A stretch of DNA of 64,000 bases from Octopus bimaculoides (GCF_001194135.2 NC_068991.1:72092065-72156064); one strand, 5' to 3'. Positions 1-12,159 are shown, counted from the stretch's first letter. Numbers and translations: made by a program. The notes: generated from the letters alone by a model not told the origin.

Positions 1-296
1 TATTGGACTGCAGCCATGTTGGGGCCACCACTGTGAAGGGCTTAGCTGATCACACCAGTCTGCTATTTATTCCATTGGTCTCTTTTGCTGAACTGCTAAG
101 TTAAATGCACATGAGCAAACCAACACTGACTGTCGAATTGGGATGTTGGGCATAGTTTGAGTTTACCAACTTCATTCACAAGATACTGGTCACCTCAAGG
201 TCTTAGAAGAAGGCATTCATCCAAGGGGCCATACAACAGGAGTGAACCAGAAACTATGTGGTTGCAAGGCAAACTTCTTAACCACATGGCCATGCC
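1..296 (-). mobile_element. SINE family 1 copy (truncated by window edge)
   Basis: Shows the same head and tail motifs in reverse: cagccatgttggggccacc, aaccaacactgactgtc, ccaaggggccatacaacaggagtgaacc. Confidence 0.75.
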
Positions 297-967
297 ACAC
301 ACACACACAATATTCAACAAAGTATATCAGCAAAGGTTTTAAACAGAGGTTAAAAAAATTGAAGAACTAGTAGCACCCTCCTGAACACTCTCATTGTTAG
401 AAGCCCAGGAGACCACGATTGGCTTATTGGAAATCTGTAGCCAATGACATTGTTCCTAAAATTAGAATTTGCCTCTATCAAGACTAACGAATGTGTGTGT
501 GTGTGTTTATAGCTTTGTTTCTCTGTACTGACATTATTGTTCAGCTGCCAGAGACAATGTTTACGTTTCTTGTAAACACAAAGGTTCAAAAGCTCAGTAG
601 TTCATATGAAGTTGTGGAATAAAAGATGTTCTTCAAAACAAGAATTGTAGTCAGGAAGAGCATAAGACCACAAACTATTGCCTTCCCTAGTTTAGTCCGT
701 CTCATGCCAGCATGGAATAAAGTATGCAGCTGTTATATACTTTTGGGTCTTAGGGGGAGAAAAAATTTTTTTTTTAATTATTCAGAATAAATATACTATA
801 TACCAAAGTAAAGGACTAGCATTAATGAGAGCCACTACATAAAAATCTATACCTATGTAAAATCATAAAGACTGTTTATACTTCAATAAGTAGGCAAGTG
901 TGGGTTTGCTTCCCAACCACAGGACTTCTGCTTTGTCTTACTAAGAGGCATCTAAGTCAAGTGTCTT

Positions 968-1336
968 CATCGTCGTTTAACGTCCACTTTCCATGCTAGC
1001 ATGGGTTGGATGATTTGACTGAGGACTGGTGGACCAGGAGGCGACACAAGGCTCCAATCTGATTTGACAGAGTTTCTACAGCTGGATGCCCTTCCTAATG
1101 CCAACCACTCTGAGAGTGTAGTGGGTGCTTTTACGTGCCACCGGCACGAGGGCCAGTCAAGCAGTATTGGCGACGGCCATGCTCGAAATGGTGTATTTTA
1201 CATGCCACCTGCACAGGAGCCAGTCCATTGGCACTAGCAACGATCTCGCTCGAATGTCTTTTCACGTGCCACTGGTACAAGTGCCAGGGAGGCGATGTTG
1301 GTAACGATCAACGGCCACACTCGAAATGGTGTATTT
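968..1336 (-). mobile_element. RTE family A 3' UTR/tail copy with tandem ~65-bp units
   Basis: Starts catcgtcgtttaacgtccactttccatgctagcatgggttgg on +, the same as other copies. Repeated ...gctcgaaatggtgtatttt... units follow. Confidence 0.85.
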
Positions 1337-1665
1337 TGTCTTCTAATATCATTCTGAGCTGACCAAAGCTGTGTGTGTGTGTGTGTTTACATCTGCATTC
1401 TACAAAAGCTATGATCATTGTTGTTGCCATGTCTCCTGTCAAGAAATTATCCACTCCTTTGAAGATTTGTGAAATAAAAGATCCTTTACTTGAAAATTAG
1501 GTAAGGGTTAGTGACAGGAAGGGCATGAAGCTGTAAAGCAATGCCTCAATAATACATTTGTCTGGCCCATCCTAGCTTGGAAAAGGAGATGTGAAATGGA
1601 CAAACAACACCAGCAAACTATATGATCCTCAGTATTAATTTACAAAAACTGCTTCACTGAGTTTC

Positions 1666-1920
1666 CATCATCATCATCATTTAACGTCCACTTTCCATGC
1701 TAGCATGGTTTGGACGATTTGACTGGGGACTGGCGAACCAGAAGGCTACACCAGACACCAATCTGATCTGGCAGAGTTTCTACAGCTGGATGCCCTTCCT
1801 AATGCCAACCACTCCGAGAGTGTAGTGGGTGCTTTTACGTGCCACCGGCACAAGGGCCAGTCTGGCAGTACTGGCAACGGCCATGCTCAAAATGGTGTTT
1901 TTTACGTGCCACCTGCACAA
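1666..1920 (-). mobile_element. RTE family A 3' tail copy
   Basis: (CAT)n-ttaacgtccactttccatgctagcatgg...ggatgcccttcctaatgccaaccactc on +. Confidence 0.85.
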
Positions 1921-2172
1921 AGCATAATACTAATAGCATTCAATATATCTTAACACGGATATACAATAGAAAGCCACAAAACTGTGGTATTTGTCTAAAG
2001 AAAGCATCTTGTATAGACATATAGTTCTAAAAAGCACAGAAGAATATCAATAACAGATGAAAATCATTCAGCAGTGATACTGTTTGAAAAGAACGCTTCT
2101 TCCACTGCTAATAATGAATTGAACTAATAGTTTCAGAAAGAAAAAAAATCATTAAATGGTGGAGTGCAAATC

Positions 2173-2209
<37 letters not shown>

Positions 2210-2331
2210 CAATTGCAGTAGAAAGGGGGGTGCATAGGTTGTTAGCTCTGTAGTCAGCTGGTGTCCGTGCAGCTGAAAGAAAGTATTGCTCTATAGTGTC
2301 AGGAATTGCAGATAAATTCAAATACACTTAC

Positions 2332-2452
2332 GACAAATTCAGGCCAGTTCATAGACATTCCAGCACCATAAATATTAGACCACCACCTTAAATCTTTCTC
2401 ACAGTCTCCACAATTTATCTCTTGATAAAACTGACGATATATTTCAGCAAAT
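2332..2452 (-). CDS. PACSIN: PACSIN coding exon 6 (end of F-BAR domain)
   Basis: Acceptor aaaatttcag|A then FAEIYRQFYQEINCGDCEKDLRWWSNIYGAGMSMNWPEFV, matching the PACSIN DLRW..G.GM.MNWP.F motif. The donor is GTC|gtaagt. The exon is 121 nt and was missed by the ORF track. Confidence 0.95.
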
Positions 2453-3160
2453 CTGAAATTTTAAGAACAATAAATAAATACAAGTGATTCTTAAAATTCA
2501 TTTTTGATTCTGTATTAGAAAAATTAAATCTTCTGTAAATAAAGCTGTCCTGTTTTTTTTACATAAGGTTAGTGCCACCATACTTAATGAAAAATATCTA
2601 ATTAATAATGCTACTGTAATGGGAAGAAATATTAGTTTAACCCATAAAGTCCTGGGATTTGCACTTACATATAGCATGGACTGCTGAACACATTTTATGA
2701 AAATGAGACTACCATGCACACATAAAAAAGAAAAAATAGTTAAAATATCTTCTTCGTATATAATGGTGTCAAGTTTTACTTCATGCAAAAAGTCATTAGT
2801 TGGAAATTTAGGAAATTAAATCTTCTGTAAATAAAGTTGTCCTGTTTTTTTACATAAGGTTAGGAAATTTTTCTAAAAATATCTGTGATTAAATTTCAAG
2901 ATATTTAAAATCATGACCTTAGATGAAGATTTAAAAGTAAAGCATTCGAAAGAAATTCTGTCATATTTAAAACAGCTAAATTTGCAAACNNNNNNNNNNN
3001 NNNNNNNNNNNNNNNNNNNNNNNNNNNNNNNNNNNNNNNNNNNNNNNNNNNNNNNNNNNNNNNNNNNNNNNNNNNNNNNNNNNNNNNNNNNNNNNNNNNN
3101 NNNNNNNNNNNNNNNNNNNNNNNNNNNNNNNNNNNNNNNNNNNNNNNNNNNNNNNNNNNN

Positions 3161-3188
3161 GTTCCATTTCTTGACATTCATTAAAAAC
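3161..3188 (-). CDS. PACSIN: PACSIN coding exon 5, 5' part only (remainder in N gap 2990-3160)
   Basis: Acceptor cttttctttatttcag|GTT TTT AAT GAA TGT CAA GAA ATG GAA C gives VFNECQEME, the expected continuation (VFxxCQxxE). It is cut off by Ns and is not shown in frame in the ORF track. Confidence 0.88.
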
Positions 3189-3389
3189 CTGAAATAAAGA
3201 AAAGATTTTTTTTTTTTGAAATTAAATAATTCAGAAAAACAATGATGGAAGTTATTTCACAACAACCAATATAGGCACAGGCACCGTTGTGTGGTTAAAG
3301 GGTTTGTTCCTCAACCACGCAGTTTCAAGAGAATGGATCTAGTAAGCAAAAACTGAAAGAAGCTCATCATATATACACATATACACATA

Positions 3390-3607
3390 CGAAGGGGTGC
3401 TGAAAAGTTCCAGGTTTTTAGGATATCACGAAAGGCCTGGTTGGAGGCCCAACATTCTGAGTTCTTTTACAGGGATTAGAAAAATTAAAGGACTGTTGCA
3501 ATAAGTGTGTGAATCTGAGAGAGGAATATGTTGAATAAAATTGTAATTAACTGATTCTTCTGTATTTTTTTTTTACTAAAGGCCAGGAACTTTTCAGCAT
3601 CTGTTTG
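3390..3607 (+). mobile_element. Mariner-derived MITE (internal deletion derivative)
   Basis: TA-flanked TIRs cgaaggggtgctgaaaagttcc and ggaacttttcagcatctgtttg. Internal codons CNKCVNLREEYVE* resemble the mariner transposase C-terminus. Confidence 0.8.
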
Positions 3608-5716
3608 TATACACACACACACATGCATATGTGTATATATGCATGTAAATAAGTGTATCTGTAAAAGTTTGAGCTTCTTTGAAAATCACTGAGCTACAAA
3701 TGGTGTTGTTTCTGCCATGCACCCTGTTAACAAATAATCTAGGAGCTTTGTGGTTTTAAAGATACATGGAATAAGACATTCCTTACTTGAAAAACAGGTA
3801 AGGGTTAGTGACAGGAAAGGCATCTGGCTGTAAACAATGTCTTAATGATAGATATGTCTCACCCATGTTAGCATGAAGAGACAAATGTAAAGACAAATAA
3901 ACAACTGAATTAGAAGCTCTCATACCCTGACTTCATATTTATTCACATTGATTTGAATTTATTTTGGATTATCTTGTAGCTTCAATATTTCAAAGATGTG
4001 ATTGTGTATTTTTACAATGGCATTGTAGTGTAGGCGTGAGAGGCTGGATCTGGCCATTATGAACATAAAACAAGTAGAATATTTGGGCCAGTTTCAAAGC
4101 TAAAGGGTTAAATATGCAACCAATCAAAGGCAAAAAACTATTGAAGACAACTGAACTAGAAGGAAACATAATTGCTGTGATGTTACATGAAGTGCAAAGA
4201 CTTGTCACCACCGTTTTAACTCTTCTATTCTGGTATGAACTGGACAAATATGCAAAATTCCGTCTTCTCAGACCAGATCTTACTACTTTTTCCCAAATAT
4301 TCTTGTGTACTCATATCTAATTTTCTAAAGAACACAACTTGTTTCTCAAGTTCTCATTCCATAAGAACGAACCATATTCAAAGTGTTTCTTTCTCAATCT
4401 TTACAAGGCTTATCTCTATATTTCTGTATTGCATATGTTTTGCTACCATGCCAGAAAAAAATAAAAAAATAAATAAAAGATAGTGGTAGTAGGGGCTAGA
4501 TTTCTTATCTGAATGTCTGCACAGAAATGGAAACTTTTAGATGTAAATAGTTCCCTAAATATCTTCTCTTTCCTGAGATTCCTCACCATCAAGAACAACT
4601 GCCTGCACTGTGCTATCACTAATAACCTGTTTTACTAAAATTATCTCAGCTATGTAAGTCAGAAGGTGATGAATCAGTATCTGCCACAACTATGATTTCA
4701 CTAGGCTTGATGGATTTTCCTTCTTATGGATTTCTCATGTTCGGGCAAACGAACTTACGTTCTCTCTCCGCCTCTTATGAGTTTGTTACATTAAAATTAT
4801 GGATTTCTCATTGGTTGAAAATTACTGTCCATATACGAATTCTGAACTTCGTTGAAGAAGTCTTTCACGTGGATTCATGTATGAACAGTTATATAAACCC
4901 CGATTTTCGGCAAACTCTCCAGTGATCGTTGGACGGCTACTCAAATCCACGACACTCACGCAAGTGATCGTTGGATGCCACTCAAATCCACGACACTCAC
5001 CCTCTTGAGTTTGCTACACTTCTCAAGCGCAACATAATGCCAACGGTCTCGGTCATTTGTTATTGCTTCCGTGTGGCATATCTTGTTATATACATTTTGG
5101 CACTTTGCTCCCTGGGTTCAAACCTTGCCTTGGTAAGCTTTGCCTTTCATCCTTTTGAGAGTAAAAAAAAAACCCCACAACTTTACAGACTGTAAGATTT
5201 TGAGTTACATTTTGTTCATGAGAAAGGATGGTTTCCAATGCAAGACTATGTGCAATGGTTGCATTTTATTTCAGATATGAAAAAAAAATGGCTGAGGACA
5301 GAATTTTGACTGAATAGCACTGTCAATCAAACCGTAAGTATACTTTATCTAACTTTACACCTGGACCCTTCTCACTGCCAACAAACTACCCAGCTGGGTG
5401 CTGGATAGTTAAGAATTTCACTTTGCCATGGCATGGTTTCAGGTTTGATCCCATTTTGCAGCATCTTGCACAAGTTCTTTTTTTTTTTTACTGTAGTCGC
5501 AAATTGACTGATATGTTATGGGTGCAGTTTGGTAGCCAGAAACTGTATGGAAGCTCCTTGTGTGTGCGTGTGTGCATGTTGTATCCATGAATCTTTGCAC
5601 TGACGTTGTTCAGTCAGCAGTGACAATGAGGTTTCATGTCCCACACGAACAAAATGTCTGGCAGCTCAGTAGTTTGTGTGAAGAATAAAATACCCTACAG
5701 TAATACTGTTACTTAC

Positions 5717-5842
5717 AAAAGTCATCTCTTCAATATATTTAGGATTATAACTGTTCAAGTCATGCAATGCAGCTTTGTATTTATCTCTCGATGCTTCTAC
5801 TTCAGCCTTACACTTTGTTAATTTTTCTCCAAGTTTTTTTAC
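5717..5842 (-). CDS. PACSIN: PACSIN coding exon 4
   Basis: Acceptor ttttttaag|GTA. The 126-nt exon reads VKKLGEKLTKCKAEVEASRDKYKAALHDLNSYNPKYIEEMTF. The donor is TTT|gtaagt, phase 0. Confidence 0.96.
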
Positions 5843-5878
5843 CTTAAAAAAAAGAAGAAAAGAAATAAGAAATGTGAT

Positions 5879-5918
<40 letters not shown>

Positions 5919-6861
5919 GTGCAGTAAATATCATGGTAAATCAAATAGAATATCTATTTTATATACTTGTTGGATTAAAACACATTTAAAGTACATATTT
6001 TATATTAAAAAAAAAAATCCAACACATGACTGTAATATAAATGCAATACCATGTAATTGTCAATAATATGTGTGTATGTGTGTGCTTGCTTCATGTGAAT
6101 CTTCTCAATATGTTGGTGTGTACAATCGACCAACAGGCTGATTGTTATTCAGAAATATAATCTTTATTGACCTTACACTTTATATATCAGGCTAACACAC
6201 TTCTAACAAAAGTTAGTATTGAACAATTTTAGATTTTTTTATGCTACAAAATAAACGCAAACCACACACACACACAATCATATAAATGGATTACAGCCAT
6301 AGTTTCCAGTGAGAAGTATTCAGTTGTTTGATCAATTGAACTACCAAACTCACAAAATTATCATTGTGAGTGGTCGAGATTTCCACAGACATGTGTCCCC
6401 TTGGTGTAATGCTCAGACAGAGTAAGTGTGACACAATGTGATAAAGCTGGACTTTAAAATTACAGGTACAATCCACCCACAGAGCTTCTATACAATTTCC
6501 ATCTACCCAAGGCTTGAGGTAATTCAAGACAAGAGCAAAAGGCATTTGTAGTGGGAGTCGGATTGAACCCTGAATCTTATCCATTTGGCCATATTCATCT
6601 CATACACAGACACAGCCATCAACAATTGCTGATTCTCTACAAAGTTCATGTGTAACCCTTAACAAGAACTGCTCTCTCATTTTTGATGGCACTGCTGCTA
6701 TACTCAGTCAGGGCAGATTTAATGTAACAAATTCATGTTTATGCTGCATCCAGATGGTGCTTGAATGTGGAAGGTTACTTGAACTTTGATTGTTAGCTAT
6801 TTAGGAATAAATTGAAAATGAAACAAAATTTTAGGCAATAATAAACAGATAAAAAGCTTAC

Positions 6862-6999
6862 TTGATCCACAGGAACTGAAGGATCCCCTTTGGCATTGTT
6901 TTCTTGATTAGCTGTACTTCTTTCTTGTTTGCATGCAGAATGGTATTCCTTTTTGGCAACCATTAATTTATTATAACGCTTCATCCATGGTTTTTGAGC
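6862..6999 (-). CDS. PACSIN: PACSIN coding exon 3
   Basis: Acceptor tttaatgtttccag|GCT. The 138-nt exon reads AQKPWMKRYNKLMVAKKEYHSACKQERSTANQENNAKGDPSVPVDQ and contains the AQKPW motif. The donor is CAA|gtaagc. Confidence 0.97.
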
Positions 7000-7924
7000 C
7001 TGGAAACATTAAAAAAAAAAAGAAAGGAAGAATAAATGTCAGAAAATGTATGTCATGAGTTCTTGAAACAAAAATGACCTATAGATATGTGTTTGTGTTG
7101 GCCCAAGGCTATCGAAGACACTTACCCAAGGTGCTACACAGTGGGACCAAACTCAGAATTGTACTGAGCTCATATGTGTAATAAAGTGAAAGATTAAGCT
7201 ACTTAAATTTTCAAAGAAAAATTTTTTTTAAATACCGCAACATAAAAAATATAACTTTACATAAAACATTTCAAAAATACTATTTTGCTGAGTAAACTTC
7301 TGTAATTGGATGATGAATGCTCATGGAAAAAGTGTCATGTTGATAGGAAGTAGATTGTACAAACTTGTCTTGTTAAATTCATACAGACACAAAAGCACAC
7401 TACATTTCATTCCTGTTGTTTAATTTAAATACTCTATTTCACTACTGTAAGGCAAATAAAACATTTTTATCAAATAATGAAAACTTTGTATGTTTTTTTT
7501 TTTTTGGTACTGTTTTTGTACCAGTACAATTTGCCATTTAGTGCCATTATGTTAACTGCCAAAATTACCTAATTTTTCTATGTTGTTTCATCTACAATAT
7601 AAACATATTTCGTGATTCATGGGTACAAGACGAGTACTTGAATGGAGAAGGAAATATAATAAGCACAAACATGAATATGCAAATATAAATAAACATAAAT
7701 AGCTAAATATAGATTAAAAAAAAATTAAATGAGACTGTCATGTATAGGATGCATAGGCAAATAGAGAAACCTGTTGCTTGTCGAAGAAACAAGAACTTCT
7801 GATATGCTTTAGCCTCTGCTTATATTTTCTAAATTTCGCTGAAGTAACCGGTAAAAGAAAAGGGGAAAGTAAATGAAATATTTTAAAAGAAATAGAATAT
7901 ATTTCTAATAGGACTCAAATGCTG

Positions 7925-7955
<31 letters not shown>

Positions 7956-8117
7956 TACATACAGAGTAATAAATATAACAATAGTTTGAACTAGATACTT
8001 TAATATTTATTTTCTAGGGTAAACATTATTTGAACTATTTTTACATCATATTCTTGGATTTCAGCTCCATCTTCTATTTCTTTTGAAAAAGGCCCATAAT
8101 TAGAAATTATATATTTA

Positions 8118-8340
8118 CAGCAATCCCTCGACTATCGCTGGTGTTACGTTCCAGAACCCCCCACGATAGGTGAAAATCCACAAAGTAGAAACAGTACTGT
8201 ACTGTGCATTTTTTATTATTATTTTTATAATTTGTGTATATTTATTTTACTATAAATGCAAAACAACACCACGGAAGAATTGACATGAGCTTAAATAATA
8301 AACCCTGATAAGTGAACCACGATATAGTGAGGGATTACTG
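8118..8340. mobile_element. Tigger/pogo-like MITE
   Basis: TIRs cagcaatccctcgactatcg and cgatatagtgagggattactg. The left flank is TA and the right is TG. The element is 223 bp. Confidence 0.8.
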
Positions 8341-8383
8341 TGTGTATGTATACACACACACACACACATATATGATCTCGTTT

Positions 8384-8529
8384 GGTTGGTGTTAGGAAGG
8401 GCATCCAGCTGTAGAAACTCTACCAGATCAGATTGGAGCCTGGAGTAGCCACCTGGTTCATCAGTCCTCAGTCAAATCGTCCAACCCATGCTAGCATGGA
8501 AAGCGGACGTTAAACGATGATGATGATGA
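8384..8529 (+). mobile_element. RTE family A 3' tail copy (opposite orientation)
   Basis: ggttggtgttaggaagggcatccagctgtag...catgctagcatggaaagcggacgttaaac followed by (GAT)n. Confidence 0.88.
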
Positions 8530-9492
8530 CATATATGAAATTTCATCAAACTATTTTGAAAGTCTAAAGTCTAATCTTTCATTCTTTTGTATTTTCCTAC
8601 ACACATTTTCATTATATATGACATTTTCTAATAAAACTTCAACTAGCATCCTGTCTATATCATTTAAGTTAACTTATCAGTAAAATATAGAAGCTTCTTT
8701 CTTCTTTCACTGTACTTACAATGTATCATATTAAAAAATAATATTATCCCTTAATCAGAAAAGGAAGAAAAGCAGGGCCCACAACTTCCTTTTATAGAGT
8801 CTCCAAGACTGTTAAGGAAATAGAGACAGAAACCACAATTCATTGGTTAGTAGCAGGCTGGAGATCTGGTCTAAATATTTGCAACAGAGTGAACTCTGCT
8901 GAAGACATCCAATGATACACATTATTGTCACCAACATGATCATTATCATCAGCTAACATCTGTCTTCCATGGTGGCAAGGGTTGACTCATTCAACAGGAT
9001 CTGAATACCTAGAGGGCCTGTATCAAACTCCAATGTCTGCTTTGGCATAGTTTCTTTACCTGGATACCTTTTCTAATGCTGCCAACCATAATATACAGAG
9101 TGTACTGACTGGGTGCTCCTGTCATGATACTTACTAGCACAACTGAAAATGTATTATGCTAAATGCTGGAAGGCATTTTGTGTTGAAAAAATTTTTTTAT
9201 GTAACACCACATAAGCAAAAAAAGAAAAGAAAAAAATCATAAAAATTTTCAGTTGGTCAAAATTCCATGATCATTAAAAGAAGTTTTGTAAGCAGTTGTA
9301 AATGTGTCAAATTTAATGCCTAAAATAAACCAAATGAGATCATAAATCTTTTGACAAGCACCAACCAAAACCTTTCGTGATAATCTACTTCTATCACAAA
9401 CATCTCTATCATTCGTACAAAATTTTTTATAGAGGTTAATAAAACCATTTTGTTGTTGTTGTTATTGACAATGGCTTTTTAAACCAGTTTAA

Positions 9493-9668
9493 TCCTTTAG
9501 CATTTAAACTGGCTAGATTTGGCCTCTCACACCTTCCCTACAATGTTATTTCAAAAATATACAACCACATCACTGAAATCTCAAAGCTACGAGACAATGC
9601 AGGGTTAATTCAAAGCAATGTGAATAAATAAGCATTACACATGACAGAATAATATGAATGCTACAGGG
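9493..9668. mobile_element. piggyBac-like MITE (second TTAA family)
   Basis: TTAA|tcctttagcatt ... aatgctacaggg|GTAA. The internal sequence is related in reverse to 46761-46967 and about 3990-4108. Confidence 0.72.
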
Positions 9669-10850
9669 GTAACCCTTTGGCATTTACATTGGCCATAGCC
9701 AACCCAAATATTCTGCCTCTTTTACAAAAGAGACGTGGCCCCTGACACTTCTAAGAAGGCAGTTGGTTTGAACAGAAGCTGACTTTGATCTTGACAACCC
9801 ATCCAACATATGCCAACACAGAAAATGAATGTAAAATGACGATGACAATATATATATATATATATTGGTCTAGTCTTTGCACATACACAAACAGATGCTT
9901 GTTTACACATACACACACACATTAGCTTCATACTCACACGTGCTTGCTCACACACACACACACACACACGCCAGACCACGGCTGTCTCCTTTGCCACCCA
10001 CACCTCATGCCAACTTTACAGCTGACACCTCTGCCACTTGTCTCTACTGCCCTCCTCTTCTTCTGGTCATTTCAGTATGTGATGACAATCTAAACGAGAC
10101 ACGTATCCTCTTTTCTCTCTCCATGTCTATTCTTTCAGTAGAAGAGCATATGCTTGACATGTAAAAAACTAATTTTTTTCTGAGCATAAACCTAAAATAT
10201 CCCCCTTTTTTAACCTTATTTTCATGTTTTTCATTTTTGAACCCCCCCCCCCCNNNNNNNNNNNNNNNNNNNNNNNNNNNNNNNNNNNNNNNNNNNNNNN
10301 NNNNNNNNNNNNNNNNNNNNNNNNNNNNNNNNNNNNNNNNNNNNNNNNNNNNNNNNNNNNNNNNNNNNNNNNNNNNNNNNNNNNNNNNNNNNNNNNNNNN
10401 NNNNNNNNNNNNNNNNNNNNNNNNNNNNNNNNNNNNNNNNNNNNNNNNNNNNNNNNNNNNNNNNNNNNNNNNNNNNNNNNNNNNNNNNNNNNNNNNNNNN
10501 NNNNNNNNNNNNNNNNNNNNNNNNNNNNNNNNNNNNNNNNNNNNNNNNNNNNNNNNNNNNNNNNNNNNNNNNNNNNNNNNNNNNNNNNNNNNNNNNNNNN
10601 NNNNNNNNNNNNNNNNNNNNNNNNNNNNNNNNNNNNNNNNNNNNNNNNNNNNNCACACACATATATATATATATATACACATACACATACTCTACATTTA
10701 CCCTTTTATTTGATTTATGTGAATTCTTTTCCATTATAAGTCTGTAAAAATATTTTAAAAGATATATACATTTGCTATAAGGGGAAACCACCAAAGAAGT
10801 GTATTAAAGACTCCCGGTAAACTGCAATGTTATTCTGCCTTCACTCTAAC

Positions 10851-11870
10851 CATCATCATCATTATTTAACGTCTGTTGTCCATGCTGGCATGGGTTGGCC
10901 AGTTTGACTGGACTGGCATGCTGGAAGGCTACACCAGACTCCAGTCTGATTTGGGATGGCTTTCTATGACTGGATGCCCTTCCTAATGCCAACCACTCCG
11001 CGAGTGTAATGGGTGCTTTTACATGCCAATTGTGTAACACCAGTATCTGTCATGACTGCGATTTTGCTCAGCTTGATGGGTCTTCTCAAGCATGACAAAG
11101 GTCTGAGTTACTGCCTCTGTGAGACCCAATGCTCGAAAGGAACTCAGTCACTTAGCTTCCATGAGGCCCAATGCTCGAAAAGTGTTCTTTACATGCCACC
11201 AGCACAGGTGCACTTGCTCTGACAGGTCCTCTCAAGCACAACACATCGCAAAAGGTCTCAGTCATTAGTCATTGCCTCTGTGAGGCTCAAAGTTCACCGC
11301 CTCATTCCATGTCTTCCTGGGTCTCAATTAGAGATCAGCACTTCTTGACACAGCTGTCCTCATCCATATGCATTACATGACCATACCAGCGCAGTCGTCT
11401 TTCTTGCACACTACATCTGATGCCTCTTATGCTCAACTTTTCTCTCAAGATGCTTACACTCTGCCGAACATGCACACTGACATTGTACATCCAGTGAAGC
11501 ATACTGGCTTCATTTCTCTCAAGCCTACGCATGTCCTCGGCTGTCACAGCCCATGTTTCACTGCCATGCAGCATGCTGTTCACACACAAGCACCATACAA
11601 ACTGCCTTTCACGCTGAGGGAGAGACCCTTTGTTGCTAGCAGGGGTAGGAGCTCTCTGAACTTTGCCCATCCTAATCTTATTCTCACAGCTACGCTCTTG
11701 GAGCATCCACCTCCACTACTGACTTTGTCACCTAGATAACAGAAGCTCTCAACTACTTCTAGCTTGACCCCCACTGGCAGTTGACGGAGTCTATCTTCTG
11801 TCTGTCTTTCAGTGCTTATTGCACCTGTGCATCTTCCACATACAAAAGCTAGTTTCACTGTTAACCTTCC
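10851..11870 (-). mobile_element. 5'-truncated RTE family A copy in PACSIN intron 2
   Basis: Reads GRLTVKLAFVCGRCTG...LEVVESFCYLGD...LHGSETW...RWYGHVMHM with frameshifts and an internal deletion. A (CAT)n tail is seen on + at 10851. Confidence 0.9.
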
Positions 11871-11959
11871 GGTTGATAAATCATATAATAAAAAATCTAC
11901 AAAAAAGATAAATGAGAGAAGATGAACTGAAAAAGAAAGTAAAGAAAGAAGAAATTTAC

Positions 11960-12159
11960 CCTTCTGAAATTATCTTCCTTATCTTTACATTCACGAAAAT
12001 TCATCATAGTCCTGTGGTAGTTTTCTTTGTTCCATTGCTTAACTTGTAGATATACTTGAGTCATTAATCGTTCTGCTACTTCAGTATGTAGTTCACACAA
12101 CTTGTCTGCTTCTGTTAAGACACTTTTCCATGCTGACTGGGTGGTACCATATTCAGGAC
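11960..12159 (-). CDS. PACSIN: PACSIN coding exon 2
   Basis: Acceptor ttcattcctag|GT CCT GAA TAT completes the phase-1 Gly (GPEYGT). The 200-nt exon reads to KENYHRTMMNFRECKDKEDNFRR. The donor is AGG|gtaaat, phase 0. Confidence 0.97.

Noticed and set aside
339-455. Possible PACSIN exon 7: ttctaattttag acceptor, open in phase 0 (EQCHWLQ...TSV*)
   Set aside because: No recognisable PACSIN linker, NPF or SH3 similarity and no good donor. It could only be a terminal exon of a truncated isoform and needs transcript evidence.
10044-10794. Long ORF-track entries full of X (also near 2900, 19850, 21750, 32750, 49300 and 62100)
   Set aside because: These are artefacts of translating N gaps and flanking microsatellites.
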